IMG/VR virus record: IMGVR_UViG_3300038456_000063
Coordinates: 1 to 52,923 of that record
Length of the DNA stretch: 52,923 nucleotides
Strand: one strand, 5' to 3'
DNA from: a virus
Taxonomy: Duplodnaviria > Caudoviricetes
Position 1 is the stretch's first letter; every line of letters starts with the position of its first letter. The notes under the pieces were generated by a model. The model did no database searches. It was not told the origin of the DNA and saw nothing but the letters and a program-made list of their open reading frames with translations. A program made the translations under genes and the position numbers. Shown here in pieces: positions 1 through 8,708 of this stretch.

Positions 1-294
1 TGGCATCCCAATCGGCCTCTTCTTGGCGGGCACGCTCATGGCCGCAGTCGGTGACATAGAGCGTGTAAACGTCTTCATAAAAGTGCCCTTGCTCGCGCTC
101 CACGAAGTCTTCCAAGATTTGGAAGGCGGCGAAGAGCATCAGGTGGTCACGGTCGCACCACGTCGGCGGCAGGGCCTCGCAGGTCACGACGTTGTACTTG
201 GCCACAGTCGGCACTTCAGCCAGTACCAGCGGTCGTTGAACCAGCCGCAGGCCGCTTGCAGCCGGCGTCGTAGGCTTCGGTTACGCTTGCTCAT
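1..294 (-). pseudogene. Phage hypothetical protein with an apparent 1-nt frameshift near 200; runs off the window start
   Basis: ATG at 294 gives MSKRNRSLRRRLQAACGWFNDRWYWLKCRLW then stops at 184-186. A shifted frame from 199 continues openly as KYNVVTCEALPPTWCDRDHLMLFAAFQILEDFVEREQ... with GC3-rich codons. Confidence 0.5.
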
Positions 295-310
295 GGTTGC
301 CTTCTGTCTA

Positions 311-358
311 CGAAAACTCCCGTTTCAGCCCGGAGGCTGAAACGGGAAGAGTTTCACG
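311..358. terminator. Strong intergenic hairpin (terminator or processing stem)
   Basis: CCCGTTTCAGCC-cgga-GGCTGAAACGGG 12-bp perfect stem between two minus-strand genes; AGTTTT follows on the minus strand. Confidence 0.6.
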
Positions 359-365
359 ACTCGCC

Positions 366-1001
366 TCACGGCGTCTGGGCCTCAGTCGTTTCGGGCGGGT
401 TGATCGTGATGGTGCCGCCCGTGAGTTGCACCGGGGCGCAGCCGTCCATCTGGATCGTGGCGCTCTCAATCGGGAGGGTCACGCCGGGCACCGGGAACTC
501 CGCTGCCGGGCCGTCACCCGCCGTGGCCGCGACGGGATCGGCGGCCATTTGCTGGGCAACCACGGCGGCGGTGTCGTCCGGGTCCGCCACAGGGGCCGCG
601 TCGGGGATGCCTACCGGGCCGGGTTCGCCGGCCGGGCCGGGATCGTCGGGAATTCCCTCCGGGGCCGCGTCAATCGGGGCATCGACGGGAAGGGCCGTGG
701 CGTCCACAGGGGCGGCGGCCTCGGGCACACCCGCCTGGGCCTGGATGGCAGCGAACTGCTCGGCGACGGCAGCCGGGACCGGACCCGGCTGGCCTTGGCC
801 CAGAATCCGGGCGACCATGAGTTGCTCGCGGACTGCCGGCGGCAGGGCCTTGAGCATCTTGATCTTGTTCAAGCAACAGTGCTTGGCCTTCTTGCCGGAC
901 CCGCAGGGGCACGGGTCATTGCGGCTGATGTACGATTGGCCCAGGTTGGCCGCCGCCTGCTTGCGGGCGGCCTTCAGTCTCTTCTTGGCGCGTGAACTCA
1001 T
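366..1001 (-). CDS. SEC-C motif (Zn-binding) protein with Ala/Pro low-complexity tail
   Basis: SRNDPCPCGSGKKAKHCC matches the SEC-C signature. Start trimmed to MSSRAKK (ATG 1001). Confidence 0.8.
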   Translation of the reverse strand: MSSRAKKRLKAARKQAAANLGQSYISRNDPCPCGSGKKAKHCCLNKIKMLKALPPAVREQLMVARILGQGQPGPVPAAVAEQFAAIQAQAGVPEAAAPVDATALPVDAPIDAAPEGIPDDPGPAGEPGPVGIPDAAPVADPDDTAAVVAQQMAADPVAATAGDGPAAEFPVPGVTLPIESATIQMDGCAPVQLTGGTITINPPETTEAQTP

Positions 1002-1017
1002 GGTCTCTCGATTTCTT

Positions 1018-1194
1018 TCAGTTGAGGTTGTAGCCGAACGCATGGGCCGCCATGCCCAGGCCGGAAAGGACGACAACGAAGGCAATGTAGCCGTCGATGT
1101 CCCAGAAGCGCCAGGCCAGGGCTCCACCCACGGCGATGGCTACTCCAAGCACGGCTTGTCCGATGTTCTTGGCGGTTTCGTTCAAGACGAGCAT
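1018..1194 (-). CDS. Small membrane protein with two hydrophobic segments
   Basis: MLVLNETAKNIGQAVLGVAIAVGGALAW...IAFVVVLSGLGMAAHAFG; GGAGG directly precedes the ATG. Confidence 0.55.
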   Translation of the reverse strand: MLVLNETAKNIGQAVLGVAIAVGGALAWRFWDIDGYIAFVVVLSGLGMAAHAFGYNLN

Positions 1195-1433
1195 CCTCCC
1201 GTGAAGTTGTCGCTGGCCCCGATGGGCTTGCTGACCGGGGCGATGTTCGGGTCGTCGGTTTGGGTGGCGGCCTCGACGGGGTTGCCCACGTTCTGCCAGC
1301 CGCCGGGGCCGTAAACCTGCCCTGACCCACCCTGCACGGTCCTGGTCTCCGGGTTGCGGTCCACGGGATCGACCATGCCGTTCTGGACGAGTTGGGTGAT
1401 AATGGGCTTGCTGTTGGTGACGATGTTCTGCAT
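1182..1433 (-). CDS. Hypothetical protein (MQN... small protein)
   Basis: 83-aa ORF with GC3-biased codons that packs between its neighbours. Confidence 0.6.
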   Translation of the reverse strand: MQNIVTNSKPIITQLVQNGMVDPVDRNPETRTVQGGSGQVYGPGGWQNVGNPVEAATQTDDPNIAPVSKPIGASDNFTGGCSS

Positions 1434-1442
1434 GACTGAAAC

Positions 1443-1667
1443 TCACTTTCCGAGTGGAGCCTTGCCCCAACCCACTTGATGCCAGAGTCGTTCGTGGTAA
1501 TAAAACAGGACCAGCTTCATGGCGAAACAGACGCCGGTGAAGGCAAGGCAACAGCCAAAGTTGCCAAACCACAGATAGGCCATCCACAGGCCCACCAGGT
1601 TGCTGAGAACTTCAAACGACAGACCCTTGGTGAGGGTCCGTTTCGAGGTACTGGAATCAGGCTTCAT
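1443..1667 (-). CDS. DUF2061-like small membrane protein
   Basis: S..RTLTKGLSF...hydrophobic...FYYHERLWHQVGWG matches the DUF2061 pattern. Confidence 0.75.
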   Translation of the reverse strand: MKPDSSTSKRTLTKGLSFEVLSNLVGLWMAYLWFGNFGCCLAFTGVCFAMKLVLFYYHERLWHQVGWGKAPLGK

Positions 1668-2308
1668 TTCTTCCCTCGCTTTACCGTGGTGGGCTTGACA
1701 GCCGGGGCCTTCTTGACAGACTTGGGCTTGCTGGGCTTGTTGGGCGAAGACTTGCAGTGCTCGCCCATCCAGTCGAAGAAGTACCAGCGGTTGAGCCGGT
1801 CGATTACCGGGTCGTGGGCAATGTGCTGAAGGTAGGTCTTCACTTCATCCCAGGTCGAGAAGATCATTTCAAAGGGCAAGGTGCCGAAGAGCCAATCCGG
1901 GGTGTGCTCGACGCCCTGCTCAATGCGAATCAGGATGGGCTTCTTGCAGCGGTTGGCCCAGAACAATTCCTCGTAGGTGCCCGTGGCATGGATGTCCAAG
2001 TCGAGGTTCACGACCAGGAAATCGCTCACGTCCACCATCCGCAGATCGACGGGGCGAATCTGCCGCATTTGGGTGCGGATGAATTCGTAGTCGCCGGCCT
2101 TCTTGGCTTTCTGCCGGAGGGCACGGTTCTCCAAGTCTTCCACGCCGATGTCGATAGGCTTGCGGCAGGGATCGAGCCAGAGGATTTTCAGGTCGCTCAA
2201 TGACTTCATCAGGTCTTGACGCCAGCCCACGCCGCCGTCCAGCACGCGGTCCATTGCCCCGCACAGGTAGCCACGGTTCATGGCCAGTCGGTTCATGGTT
2301 TTCTTCAT
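1664..2308 (-). CDS. Nucleoside 2-deoxyribosyltransferase-like / nucleotide N-glycosidase
   Basis: YLCGAMD...GWR, DLRMVDVSDFLVV and GTYEELFWA...KPI motifs of the NDT superfamily. Confidence 0.75.
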   Translation of the reverse strand: MKKTMNRLAMNRGYLCGAMDRVLDGGVGWRQDLMKSLSDLKILWLDPCRKPIDIGVEDLENRALRQKAKKAGDYEFIRTQMRQIRPVDLRMVDVSDFLVVNLDLDIHATGTYEELFWANRCKKPILIRIEQGVEHTPDWLFGTLPFEMIFSTWDEVKTYLQHIAHDPVIDRLNRWYFFDWMGEHCKSSPNKPSKPKSVKKAPAVKPTTVKRGKK

Positions 2309-3054
2309 GGCAGTAGTTCCGCGAACTTGGAGGAACCAATGCGGGTGCAGCCCATGTCGAGGTACTGGCACGCATCGGCGTAGGTGTTGATGCCGCCGCT
2401 GGCCTTGACTTGGCACCGGCCTTGGAGGACATCGAGCATGATCTTCACCATGCCGGCGGTGGCCCCTTGTGGGCCAAAGCCGGTGGAAGTCTTCACAAAG
2501 TCCACGCCCAGATCGACACACAGGCGGCAGGCGTCGGCAATCTGGTCGGGCGTGTAATAGCACGTCTCCAGGATGGCCTTGACGGTCACACAGCGTTCGT
2601 GGGCGGAATGGATGATGGGAACCAACTCGTTCGCCACCGGAGCCGAGTCGCCGTCCAGGAACCGGCCGTAGTTGATTACCACGTCAAGTTCCGTCGCGCC
2701 GGCCTCCATCGCCAACATGGCTTCCATGACTTTGGCGGCCGGGCAGGCGTTGCCGTGCGGGAAACCAATCACGGCAGCTACCCTCTCCGTATAGAGAGTT
2801 GCAAAAGAAACGAGACTGGTTGTGACGCAGACGGATTTTATTGCGTAGCGTTCCACCAACTCGCAGGCCGCCCGCACGTCTTCCAGGGTGGCCGTGGGTT
2901 TCAGCACCGCCAAGTCCAGGGCGGCGGCGATCCGTTTCACGCCGCAGGCCCGTCCATTGATCTCGCGGGCAACTTCCCGCTTGATCTCGGCGGAACGGGC
3001 CATTGCATTGGCGTACATGACATCGGCAGAGGGGAGGATCAGCTTGTCGGACAC
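2305..3054 (-). CDS. deoC: Deoxyribose-phosphate aldolase
   Basis: VIGFPHG, ELDVVIN, VKAILET, FVKTSTGF (Schiff-base Lys), VKASGGI and RIGSS motifs. Start uncertain (GTG 3054 or ATG 3018). Confidence 0.92.
   Translation of the reverse strand: MSDKLILPSADVMYANAMARSAEIKREVAREINGRACGVKRIAAALDLAVLKPTATLEDVRAACELVERYAIKSVCVTTSLVSFATLYTERVAAVIGFPHGNACPAAKVMEAMLAMEAGATELDVVINYGRFLDGDSAPVANELVPIIHSAHERCVTVKAILETCYYTPDQIADACRLCVDLGVDFVKTSTGFGPQGATAGMVKIMLDVLQGRCQVKASGGINTYADACQYLDMGCTRIGSSKFAELLP
2793..2825 (-). promoter_or_regulatory. Bipartite phage promoter-like motif, copy 1 (inside deoC)
   Basis: Minus strand TCACAACCAG-N11-TTGCAACTCTCT. Confidence 0.65.
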
Positions 3055-3881
3055 AGTTGGTCTCTCATTAGTTGGCAGTATTCGGGGGAAATGTCGATGC
3101 CGATGGAGAGCCGGCCGTGGGCACGGGCGTAGTTCAGGGTCGTGCCGCTGCCGGCGAAGGGGTCCAGCACGGTCCCGCCGTAGCGGCAGGTTGCCAGGAT
3201 GGGGAGTTCCACCAGTTGCTCGGAAAAGGTCGCCCGGTGGCCCTTGCCGCCGTGCGAGGAGGGGACTTGCCAGGTATCGTAGGGCGGCATGACGCCGCCC
3301 TTCTGAGTGCGGCGGCCGACGGTCTTCTTGTCGAAGTAGTAAAACCGCTCGCGGACAAAGTGGAACATATACTCGTGCGACATGGCGCAGCGGTCCCGCA
3401 CTTGGTCCGGGGTGGGGTTGGCCTTGACCCACACGTTGTCGTTGCGGACGATCCAGCCCTCGCCCTGCATGGCGATGGCAAAGCGGTGGGGAAGTAGCAA
3501 TAGCTGCTTGCCACGGGTCCACAGGCCGGGACGCCGCTTGTCTTGCGGCCGGCAGCCGAAGCGGCGGGCGGACTGCTTGTTCTCGCCTCCTCGGGCCTGC
3601 CCCCGGCCGCTCCAATAGGTGTCGCCCAGGTTCACCCACAGCGAGCCCGTATCGGACAACACGGGTATCAAAGCACGGAAGACTCCGACCAACTTGTCGA
3701 TGTACTCCTGTGGGTCGGCCTCCAAGCCAAGCTGGCCTTTCACGCCGTAGTCACGCTGCCCGTAGAACGGCGGCGACGTGACGATGCAGCTTACCGTGTG
3801 GCCGTGGCTTCTCAGCCACTTGGCACCGGCGACGGCATCGGCGTTGAGGATCGTGGTGTAGAGGTCTTGATGGAAGATCAT
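3039..3881 (-). CDS. DNA methyltransferase, N6_N4_Mtase family (beta class, probably N4-cytosine)
   Basis: TSPPFY catalytic motif IV comes before the VLDPFAGSGTT SAM-binding motif. Confidence 0.9.
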   Translation of the reverse strand: MIFHQDLYTTILNADAVAGAKWLRSHGHTVSCIVTSPPFYGQRDYGVKGQLGLEADPQEYIDKLVGVFRALIPVLSDTGSLWVNLGDTYWSGRGQARGGENKQSARRFGCRPQDKRRPGLWTRGKQLLLLPHRFAIAMQGEGWIVRNDNVWVKANPTPDQVRDRCAMSHEYMFHFVRERFYYFDKKTVGRRTQKGGVMPPYDTWQVPSSHGGKGHRATFSEQLVELPILATCRYGGTVLDPFAGSGTTLNYARAHGRLSIGIDISPEYCQLMRDQLCPTS

Positions 3882-4327
3882 AGCCGCTCCAACTTCTCGA
3901 TCCGGGGCGTGACCTGGGAGTGTCCGAAACAGGGCCACCAGTCGTGGAGCGACTCGTGGACGAGGATCAGAGAGCCCGTGCCGACGGGGTGCTGAAGGGT
4001 TTCGTAGTCCAGCGTGACGCCGGGACAGAATGGGCTATTCATGCCCAGCGTCTTGTCGCCGGGGAACGAGGCCAGCGGCATGACCATCACGTCCCACGGG
4101 CCGATCTTGTGATAGCGGGCGATGCAGTAGTCCAAGACATTCTGCAAGTCAGGATCGTTGGTGCGGGTCTTCAAGACCTTCAAGTGGTCGATGGCCTTGT
4201 CCAGCCAGATTTGCTCGTAGGTGTGTTCACCCGTCGTCATGTAGTACAGGCCGCCGACAAAGGGAGCGGCGAGCATGAACATCGGGGCGACCATCACGAT
4301 CAAGAGCCAACGGCAGTACCGCTTCAT
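3878..4327 (-). CDS. Membrane-anchored protein with HExxH zincin-like motif
   Basis: N-terminal hydrophobic segment; LILVHESLHDW...GH. Confidence 0.55.
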   Translation of the reverse strand: MKRYCRWLLIVMVAPMFMLAAPFVGGLYYMTTGEHTYEQIWLDKAIDHLKVLKTRTNDPDLQNVLDYCIARYHKIGPWDVMVMPLASFPGDKTLGMNSPFCPGVTLDYETLQHPVGTGSLILVHESLHDWWPCFGHSQVTPRIEKLERL

Positions 4328-5445
4328 CACTCGGCCTCCCCGTTGTCTTGGGCGTTTTTGCGGTCGAGGTAGTCGGCCGACTTGCTCTTGAGGATCATTC
4401 GGCCCCGCAGCACGTCGCTGTAGGCTTCCACCACGGGCGTGATGACGATACCCTCGCGGCCCTTGAACTTGCTCTTGATGCCCTCGGGGCTTATCAGCGT
4501 GGTGGGGCCATCGGTGAGGGCCTCGACCATCTTGTGGCTGAAGGGGCCTTGGTAGAGCAGCGGGGCCAACTCCACGTCGTTGTTGTGGCACATGGCCTTG
4601 ACAATATCCCAGTCGAGATAGTCGCCATCGTGCGTAATGTCGAAGACGCGGAAGCCCACGTCGCCGGCCGGGATGCCGTAATCCATGTCCTGGATGCCGG
4701 GTCCGTACAACTCGCCGAAGACCACGATGTTGCGGCGCTCGCCGCAGAGGGTGTTGAGCATGTTCAAAACACCCTCGATCTCCAACGGCCGCCAGTAGAT
4801 CGACAGGTGGCCCTCCGTTTCCTTGGAGCGGTTCGTGTGGTGGCTGCCGGCCATGAATTGAAATTCGCCGTCGTGATAGACGCATCCCACCCGGCTGTTG
4901 GTGCCGTGAATCTTCTCCGTCACGCGGACGATGGTGCCGACCGGGATGGCGTCGGGGTGGCGGTAGTAGTTCTGAATGTCCGTGTACTCGTGGAACATCG
5001 GGCATTCCGGGGCCAGCCGGCCTTGGCCGCCGCCGCTGTTGTGAGCGGTGACGCGCGGCGGCTCGTACTTCTGGCCGGCGTAGAAGCCGGTGACGTTGGC
5101 TTGCTCCGTGCCGGCCCAGGCCGCGAGGTGCGCCAACTCGGGCGGCAGCTTGGCGATGAAGCCGTAGCTGGCGATGGTCCGCAGCCGGCAGGCGGCAACC
5201 CGGCAGGGAATCTTCAGGCCCTCGAAGGTCGCCGTCTTGAGGTACTTCTGCACGCCCAGAACCTCGCTCACGACGGCGGGGATCAGCATATCGGGCGGGA
5301 AATAGACGATGGCGTCTCCGGCCTGATACTCGCCCTTGGGCACAACCACTTGCGTGCCCAGAATCTTGGCGATCTCCAAACGGTCGGCTTGCGGGTGCGG
5401 CTCGATGGCCTTGATGGTCTCGACACTGATGATGATTTCGGACAT
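4327..5445 (-). CDS. ATP-dependent RNA ligase, DRB0094-like (Rnl2/Rnl5 type)
   Basis: N-terminal OB-like IEPHPQADRLE; TEKIHGTN (motif I), FGELYG, FDI, REGIV and ILKSKS. Confidence 0.9.
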   Translation of the reverse strand: MSEIIISVETIKAIEPHPQADRLEIAKILGTQVVVPKGEYQAGDAIVYFPPDMLIPAVVSEVLGVQKYLKTATFEGLKIPCRVAACRLRTIASYGFIAKLPPELAHLAAWAGTEQANVTGFYAGQKYEPPRVTAHNSGGGQGRLAPECPMFHEYTDIQNYYRHPDAIPVGTIVRVTEKIHGTNSRVGCVYHDGEFQFMAGSHHTNRSKETEGHLSIYWRPLEIEGVLNMLNTLCGERRNIVVFGELYGPGIQDMDYGIPAGDVGFRVFDITHDGDYLDWDIVKAMCHNNDVELAPLLYQGPFSHKMVEALTDGPTTLISPEGIKSKFKGREGIVITPVVEAYSDVLRGRMILKSKSADYLDRKNAQDNGEAE

Positions 5446-5513
5446 GCGCGTACCTTCAGACAATTGGTGGTTACTGGGTCTCTACAGAGGGATTTCAGGC
5501 GGCCCGAACGGGC

Positions 5514-5753
5514 CTATTCGGCAGAAGGAGCATCGCCGCGCTCCTCGGTCTCTTGGGTCGTCACGACCAGTTGCAACTTCACCGGCGCTCCGGGCTTCAT
5601 CCCGGCGGGCCACAGGTCCAGCTTGAAGGTGCCGCCGCCGGGCAGCTTGCCTTCGACGGCAGGCCCGGCAAACTGCTCGGCCACGGCCTTTTCGACGGGC
5701 CACTCGTAGACATAGCTGGTTACGACGTTGCGTTGAATCTGGAACTTGGTCAT
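5514..5753 (-). CDS. Hypothetical protein
   Basis: 79-aa ORF with consistent codon usage and operon packing. Confidence 0.55.
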   Translation of the reverse strand: MTKFQIQRNVVTSYVYEWPVEKAVAEQFAGPAVEGKLPGGGTFKLDLWPAGMKPGAPVKLQLVVTTQETEERGDAPSAE

Positions 5754-5763
5754 TGGTTGTCTC

Positions 5764-6609
5764 TTAGGAAATCAGCGTTAGGGCGCGTGCCTTCAAGTAG
5801 CCTTCGACGACAAAATACTCGTCGCTGATCGTGCCGTCCGTGAAGTAGTTGAAGCTGCCGATGTTCGTCTTGACGGTTCGCCAGAAGCACACCGGGACGC
5901 CGGAAATGCGGAACACGTCGGCATTGCCCCAAAGGGTTTCTTCCACGGGGTAGCGCTGCTTCACATAGGCGTACAGGCAGTCGTAAACGCTGGCGTCGTC
6001 CGCAAGTTCTTCCTGGCGGCGATCTGTGCTGACCCGCCGCATCTGCACGTAGCGCAGATGCTTGAACCGCGAACAGAAGTCGATGATGTCGAAGACTTCC
6101 GCGTGGTTGAATCGCGTCACCACAATCTGGACTCGCGGGCGCTCGGTCTTGGTGATGATCTCTTCCCAGTCGGGAATGACCCGCGTGTCCATCATGGTCA
6201 TGCTGACGTGCGGCTTCAGCGTATGTATCGAGTAACCTGCCGATAGGTCGCACTGGTTAATGACGTGCATCCGCTTCATGGCGAGGTGGCCGTTCGTCCG
6301 CAGCCCCACTCCGAAGCCACGCTCGTGAAGGTGCTCGATCAACTCGCTCAAGTAGCCGTAGAGCAGGCTGTCCGTGTTCTGGCCGGTGATGTACAGTTTG
6401 CGGATGCCGTGCTCTTGGCAGCGGTCAAGGAACTCCTCGAAGCGGGGCCATTGCAGATAGGGTGTCCACAACTGGTTCTGACCGGCTAATTCCGCCTCAA
6501 TGTCCCTGCCCAGGCAGAAGTAGCAACGGATGTTGCATTTGCCTAATAGGTTAATGTTGGCGAAACTCGGTGCCTCGCGCTCGCGGTTCTTGGTGAACAA
6601 GTCGTTCAT
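5764..6609 (-). CDS. Radical SAM protein
   Basis: CNIRCYFC (CxxxCxxC), LYITGQNTDSLL (GGEP-position variant) and LRTNG. Confidence 0.85.
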   Translation of the reverse strand: MNDLFTKNREREAPSFANINLLGKCNIRCYFCLGRDIEAELAGQNQLWTPYLQWPRFEEFLDRCQEHGIRKLYITGQNTDSLLYGYLSELIEHLHERGFGVGLRTNGHLAMKRMHVINQCDLSAGYSIHTLKPHVSMTMMDTRVIPDWEEIITKTERPRVQIVVTRFNHAEVFDIIDFCSRFKHLRYVQMRRVSTDRRQEELADDASVYDCLYAYVKQRYPVEETLWGNADVFRISGVPVCFWRTVKTNIGSFNYFTDGTISDEYFVVEGYLKARALTLIS

Positions 6610-7445
6610 CGCGTGCCCTGCCCCCAGTCGTTGGTGTAGCCTTCCGACGGCTGCCCGCGTTGCTGCTCCGTGGCGTCCACGGCAAAGGTCTCGCCCTCGC
6701 TCGTCGGCGTGCCTTTCAACAGCTTGTTCTTCTCGACCAGCCGCAGGCACGCCTTGTAGACCGCACTGCCGGACAGATCGGACATGAGCCAGATTTGATG
6801 GGTTGAGAAAAAGCTGCTAAAGCCGTGCTCATAGTGCAAGTCCATGAGGGTTCGCATGACGGTCTTCTCGTGAACCGTCTCGGCCTCGTGTTCCGCCGCT
6901 CCCAGCTTCGTGCGGCGAATGCCGTACTCGACATCCAATTCGTCAATGACGCCTTGCAGGTCGCCCGGCTGGACCAGGGTGTAGGGGACGTGCCAGGCGT
7001 CCAGGTAATTGACGATGGTGCCGTGGATCGAGGCGGCAGCCTCGGCCGTCTGGTAGCGGCCTTGCGGCTTGTACTCGACCTTGCGGTCCACGAGGAAATT
7101 GATCGACTGGTGGGCCAACTCAAAGGCGTCGGCAACGTGCTTCAACTCGCTCGCCGCCGGCAGTTGTTTCATGCAGGCATACATGACCTGCAAGAGCATT
7201 GGCGAATCCGTGACGATGATGTTCACGCCCGATTGCAGATAGAGGTCTTCCGTATGCAATTGGCTGGCGAAGGTGTAGACATGATCGAACGACTTCAATT
7301 GCCGCTGCTGGTAGGCCCAGGTCTTGACGAACTCTTGGACCAACTCGGCGTCGAAGCCCTCGGCCTTCAAATAGCCGAACAACTGCGCCGCCAGGGTGCT
7401 TTTCCCGACACACGGACCACCAAAGAAATTCACTCGCAGACTCAT
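6606..7445 (-). CDS. P-loop kinase/ATPase (AAA_28/NadR-like) with possible C-terminal winged HTH
   Basis: GGPCVGKST Walker A, ELVQEFVK and IVTDSP; the C-terminal THQIWLMSDLSGSAVYKACLRLVEK resembles a wHTH. Confidence 0.75.
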   Translation of the reverse strand: MSLRVNFFGGPCVGKSTLAAQLFGYLKAEGFDAELVQEFVKTWAYQQRQLKSFDHVYTFASQLHTEDLYLQSGVNIIVTDSPMLLQVMYACMKQLPAASELKHVADAFELAHQSINFLVDRKVEYKPQGRYQTAEAAASIHGTIVNYLDAWHVPYTLVQPGDLQGVIDELDVEYGIRRTKLGAAEHEAETVHEKTVMRTLMDLHYEHGFSSFFSTHQIWLMSDLSGSAVYKACLRLVEKNKLLKGTPTSEGETFAVDATEQQRGQPSEGYTNDWGQGTR

Positions 7446-7466
7446 TCCAAAACTCCAAAAACCAGT

Positions 7467-7593
7467 TCGTCGATCGGCTACTTGCGTGGCAGCTATGTCG
7501 GTGCTATAGTCTCCGCTGCTACACGCCCAATTTACGTTCCCACCCGGAGCGGCCAACACCGAAACTGGGCCACTCACCCTCACCGATCAACGA
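7467..7593 (-). ncRNA. Candidate structured RNA A (long irregular rod)
   Basis: Nested minus-strand helices: UCGUUGAUCGGU/GCCGAUCGACGA, GUGGC/GCCAC, AGUU/AGCU, UCGGUGUUG/UAGCACCGA, CCGCU/AGCGG. G-U pairs favour the minus strand, and it fills a gene-free gap. Confidence 0.55.
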
Positions 7594-7602
7594 CCTGTGC
7601 GG

Positions 7603-8334
7603 TTACTCACCGGCCATTCGCTTCTTGGCCTGATGATAGTAGGTCTCGCAGTTGCGGCAGGCCCGGCAGTAGCCCATGTCGATGCTGCCGCACATGCTCA
7701 CGAGCCGGTTGTCTTGGTAGCGCTTGAGCACGTAACGCATGAAGTCCTTGGTCGGACACCAGTAGGAATTGATGTGTCGGACACGCCACTCGTAGCACTG
7801 GCCCACGGCGATCTTCCACTGCTCGGGCACGACCGGTTCGTGGTCGTAGTAGGACATGAAGGTCAGCACGGCGGGGATGCCGTCGCTGGTCCACCACCGC
7901 ACGGCCTCGTCGATGTAGGAAAGGTTGGTGCTGGACACGCGGAGGCGAATGAACATGAGGTTCCGAGGCACTTCATCCGCGAAGCTCGGCAACCATGCTT
8001 GCTCCTCTTCCCTGGGGTTGGCCGTGAGGACCACGGGACCGGAGAAGTCCAACTTGCCGCGCACGGAAGTATTGAAGAAAAAGTTCTTGTACCGCTTGGC
8101 GGTCTCGACCACCAGCTTGCGGTTGATGTTGCTGTCGTTGCCGCAATTCATCCGCACGATGTCGTCGCCGACTTCCTCCGGCGTCGGCACGGTCGGCACT
8201 TGGGTGTAGTAGGCACCCGGCCGATTGAAGAAGCACTGGTTGCAGCCGATGGGGCACTTGCCCTCTTGGGGCACACAGTCCCAGAGGCCCATGCCTTCCA
8301 TCTTCGGATTCCGCTTGACAGTTGGTTCGCTCAT
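7603..8334 (-). CDS. Radical-SAM-like Fe-S protein (possibly GP88-like)
   Basis: CPIGCNQC, VRMNCGNDS and C-terminal CRACRNC. Confidence 0.6.
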   Translation of the reverse strand: MSEPTVKRNPKMEGMGLWDCVPQEGKCPIGCNQCFFNRPGAYYTQVPTVPTPEEVGDDIVRMNCGNDSNINRKLVVETAKRYKNFFFNTSVRGKLDFSGPVVLTANPREEEQAWLPSFADEVPRNLMFIRLRVSSTNLSYIDEAVRWWTSDGIPAVLTFMSYYDHEPVVPEQWKIAVGQCYEWRVRHINSYWCPTKDFMRYVLKRYQDNRLVSMCGSIDMGYCRACRNCETYYHQAKKRMAGE

Positions 8335-8708
8335 GTTGCACTTTCTGCGGTTGGTTGGCTGGACTCTCCGATCAGGTGTTCGGCGACCATGATGCCTGTC
8401 CTACGGACAAGGCAGCCGGCCCAGTAGACGATGGCGTGTTGATGCTTGCCCCGCTTGGCTGCTTCCAACTCGCCCAGAGCTTCGAGCACGGCCCGGCCCA
8501 GGTCGGTGGTCACGGGCTCGAATTCCGAATCCTCCACGGGCGTCAACTCGGGGTCCATGTACCGCAGGATGGTTTCCAGTTTGCTGTCCAGGGCGGGCTC
8601 GAATTCGCTGCCGCTGCCGCCGCACGTATTGCGGGCCTCAATCCTTTTCAGGATGTCGGTGGCGAGCATCCAGTGCTTAATCAGCCGGCGTAAGTTGTCC
8701 TTGGTCAT
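8331..8708 (-). CDS. Hypothetical protein
   Basis: MTKDNLRR... ORF with ATGA overlap into the downstream gene. Confidence 0.55.
   Translation of the reverse strand: MTKDNLRRLIKHWMLATDILKRIEARNTCGGSGSEFEPALDSKLETILRYMDPELTPVEDSEFEPVTTDLGRAVLEALGELEAAKRGKHQHAIVYWAGCLVRRTGIMVAEHLIGESSQPTAESAT

Noticed and set aside
7467-7593. RNA A as SRP (4.5S) RNA or 6S RNA
   Set aside because: AGCA-GCGG is present, but the CAGG / GGAA-tetraloop domain IV geometry is not, and there is no clear 6S central bubble. Kept as an unassigned ncRNA.
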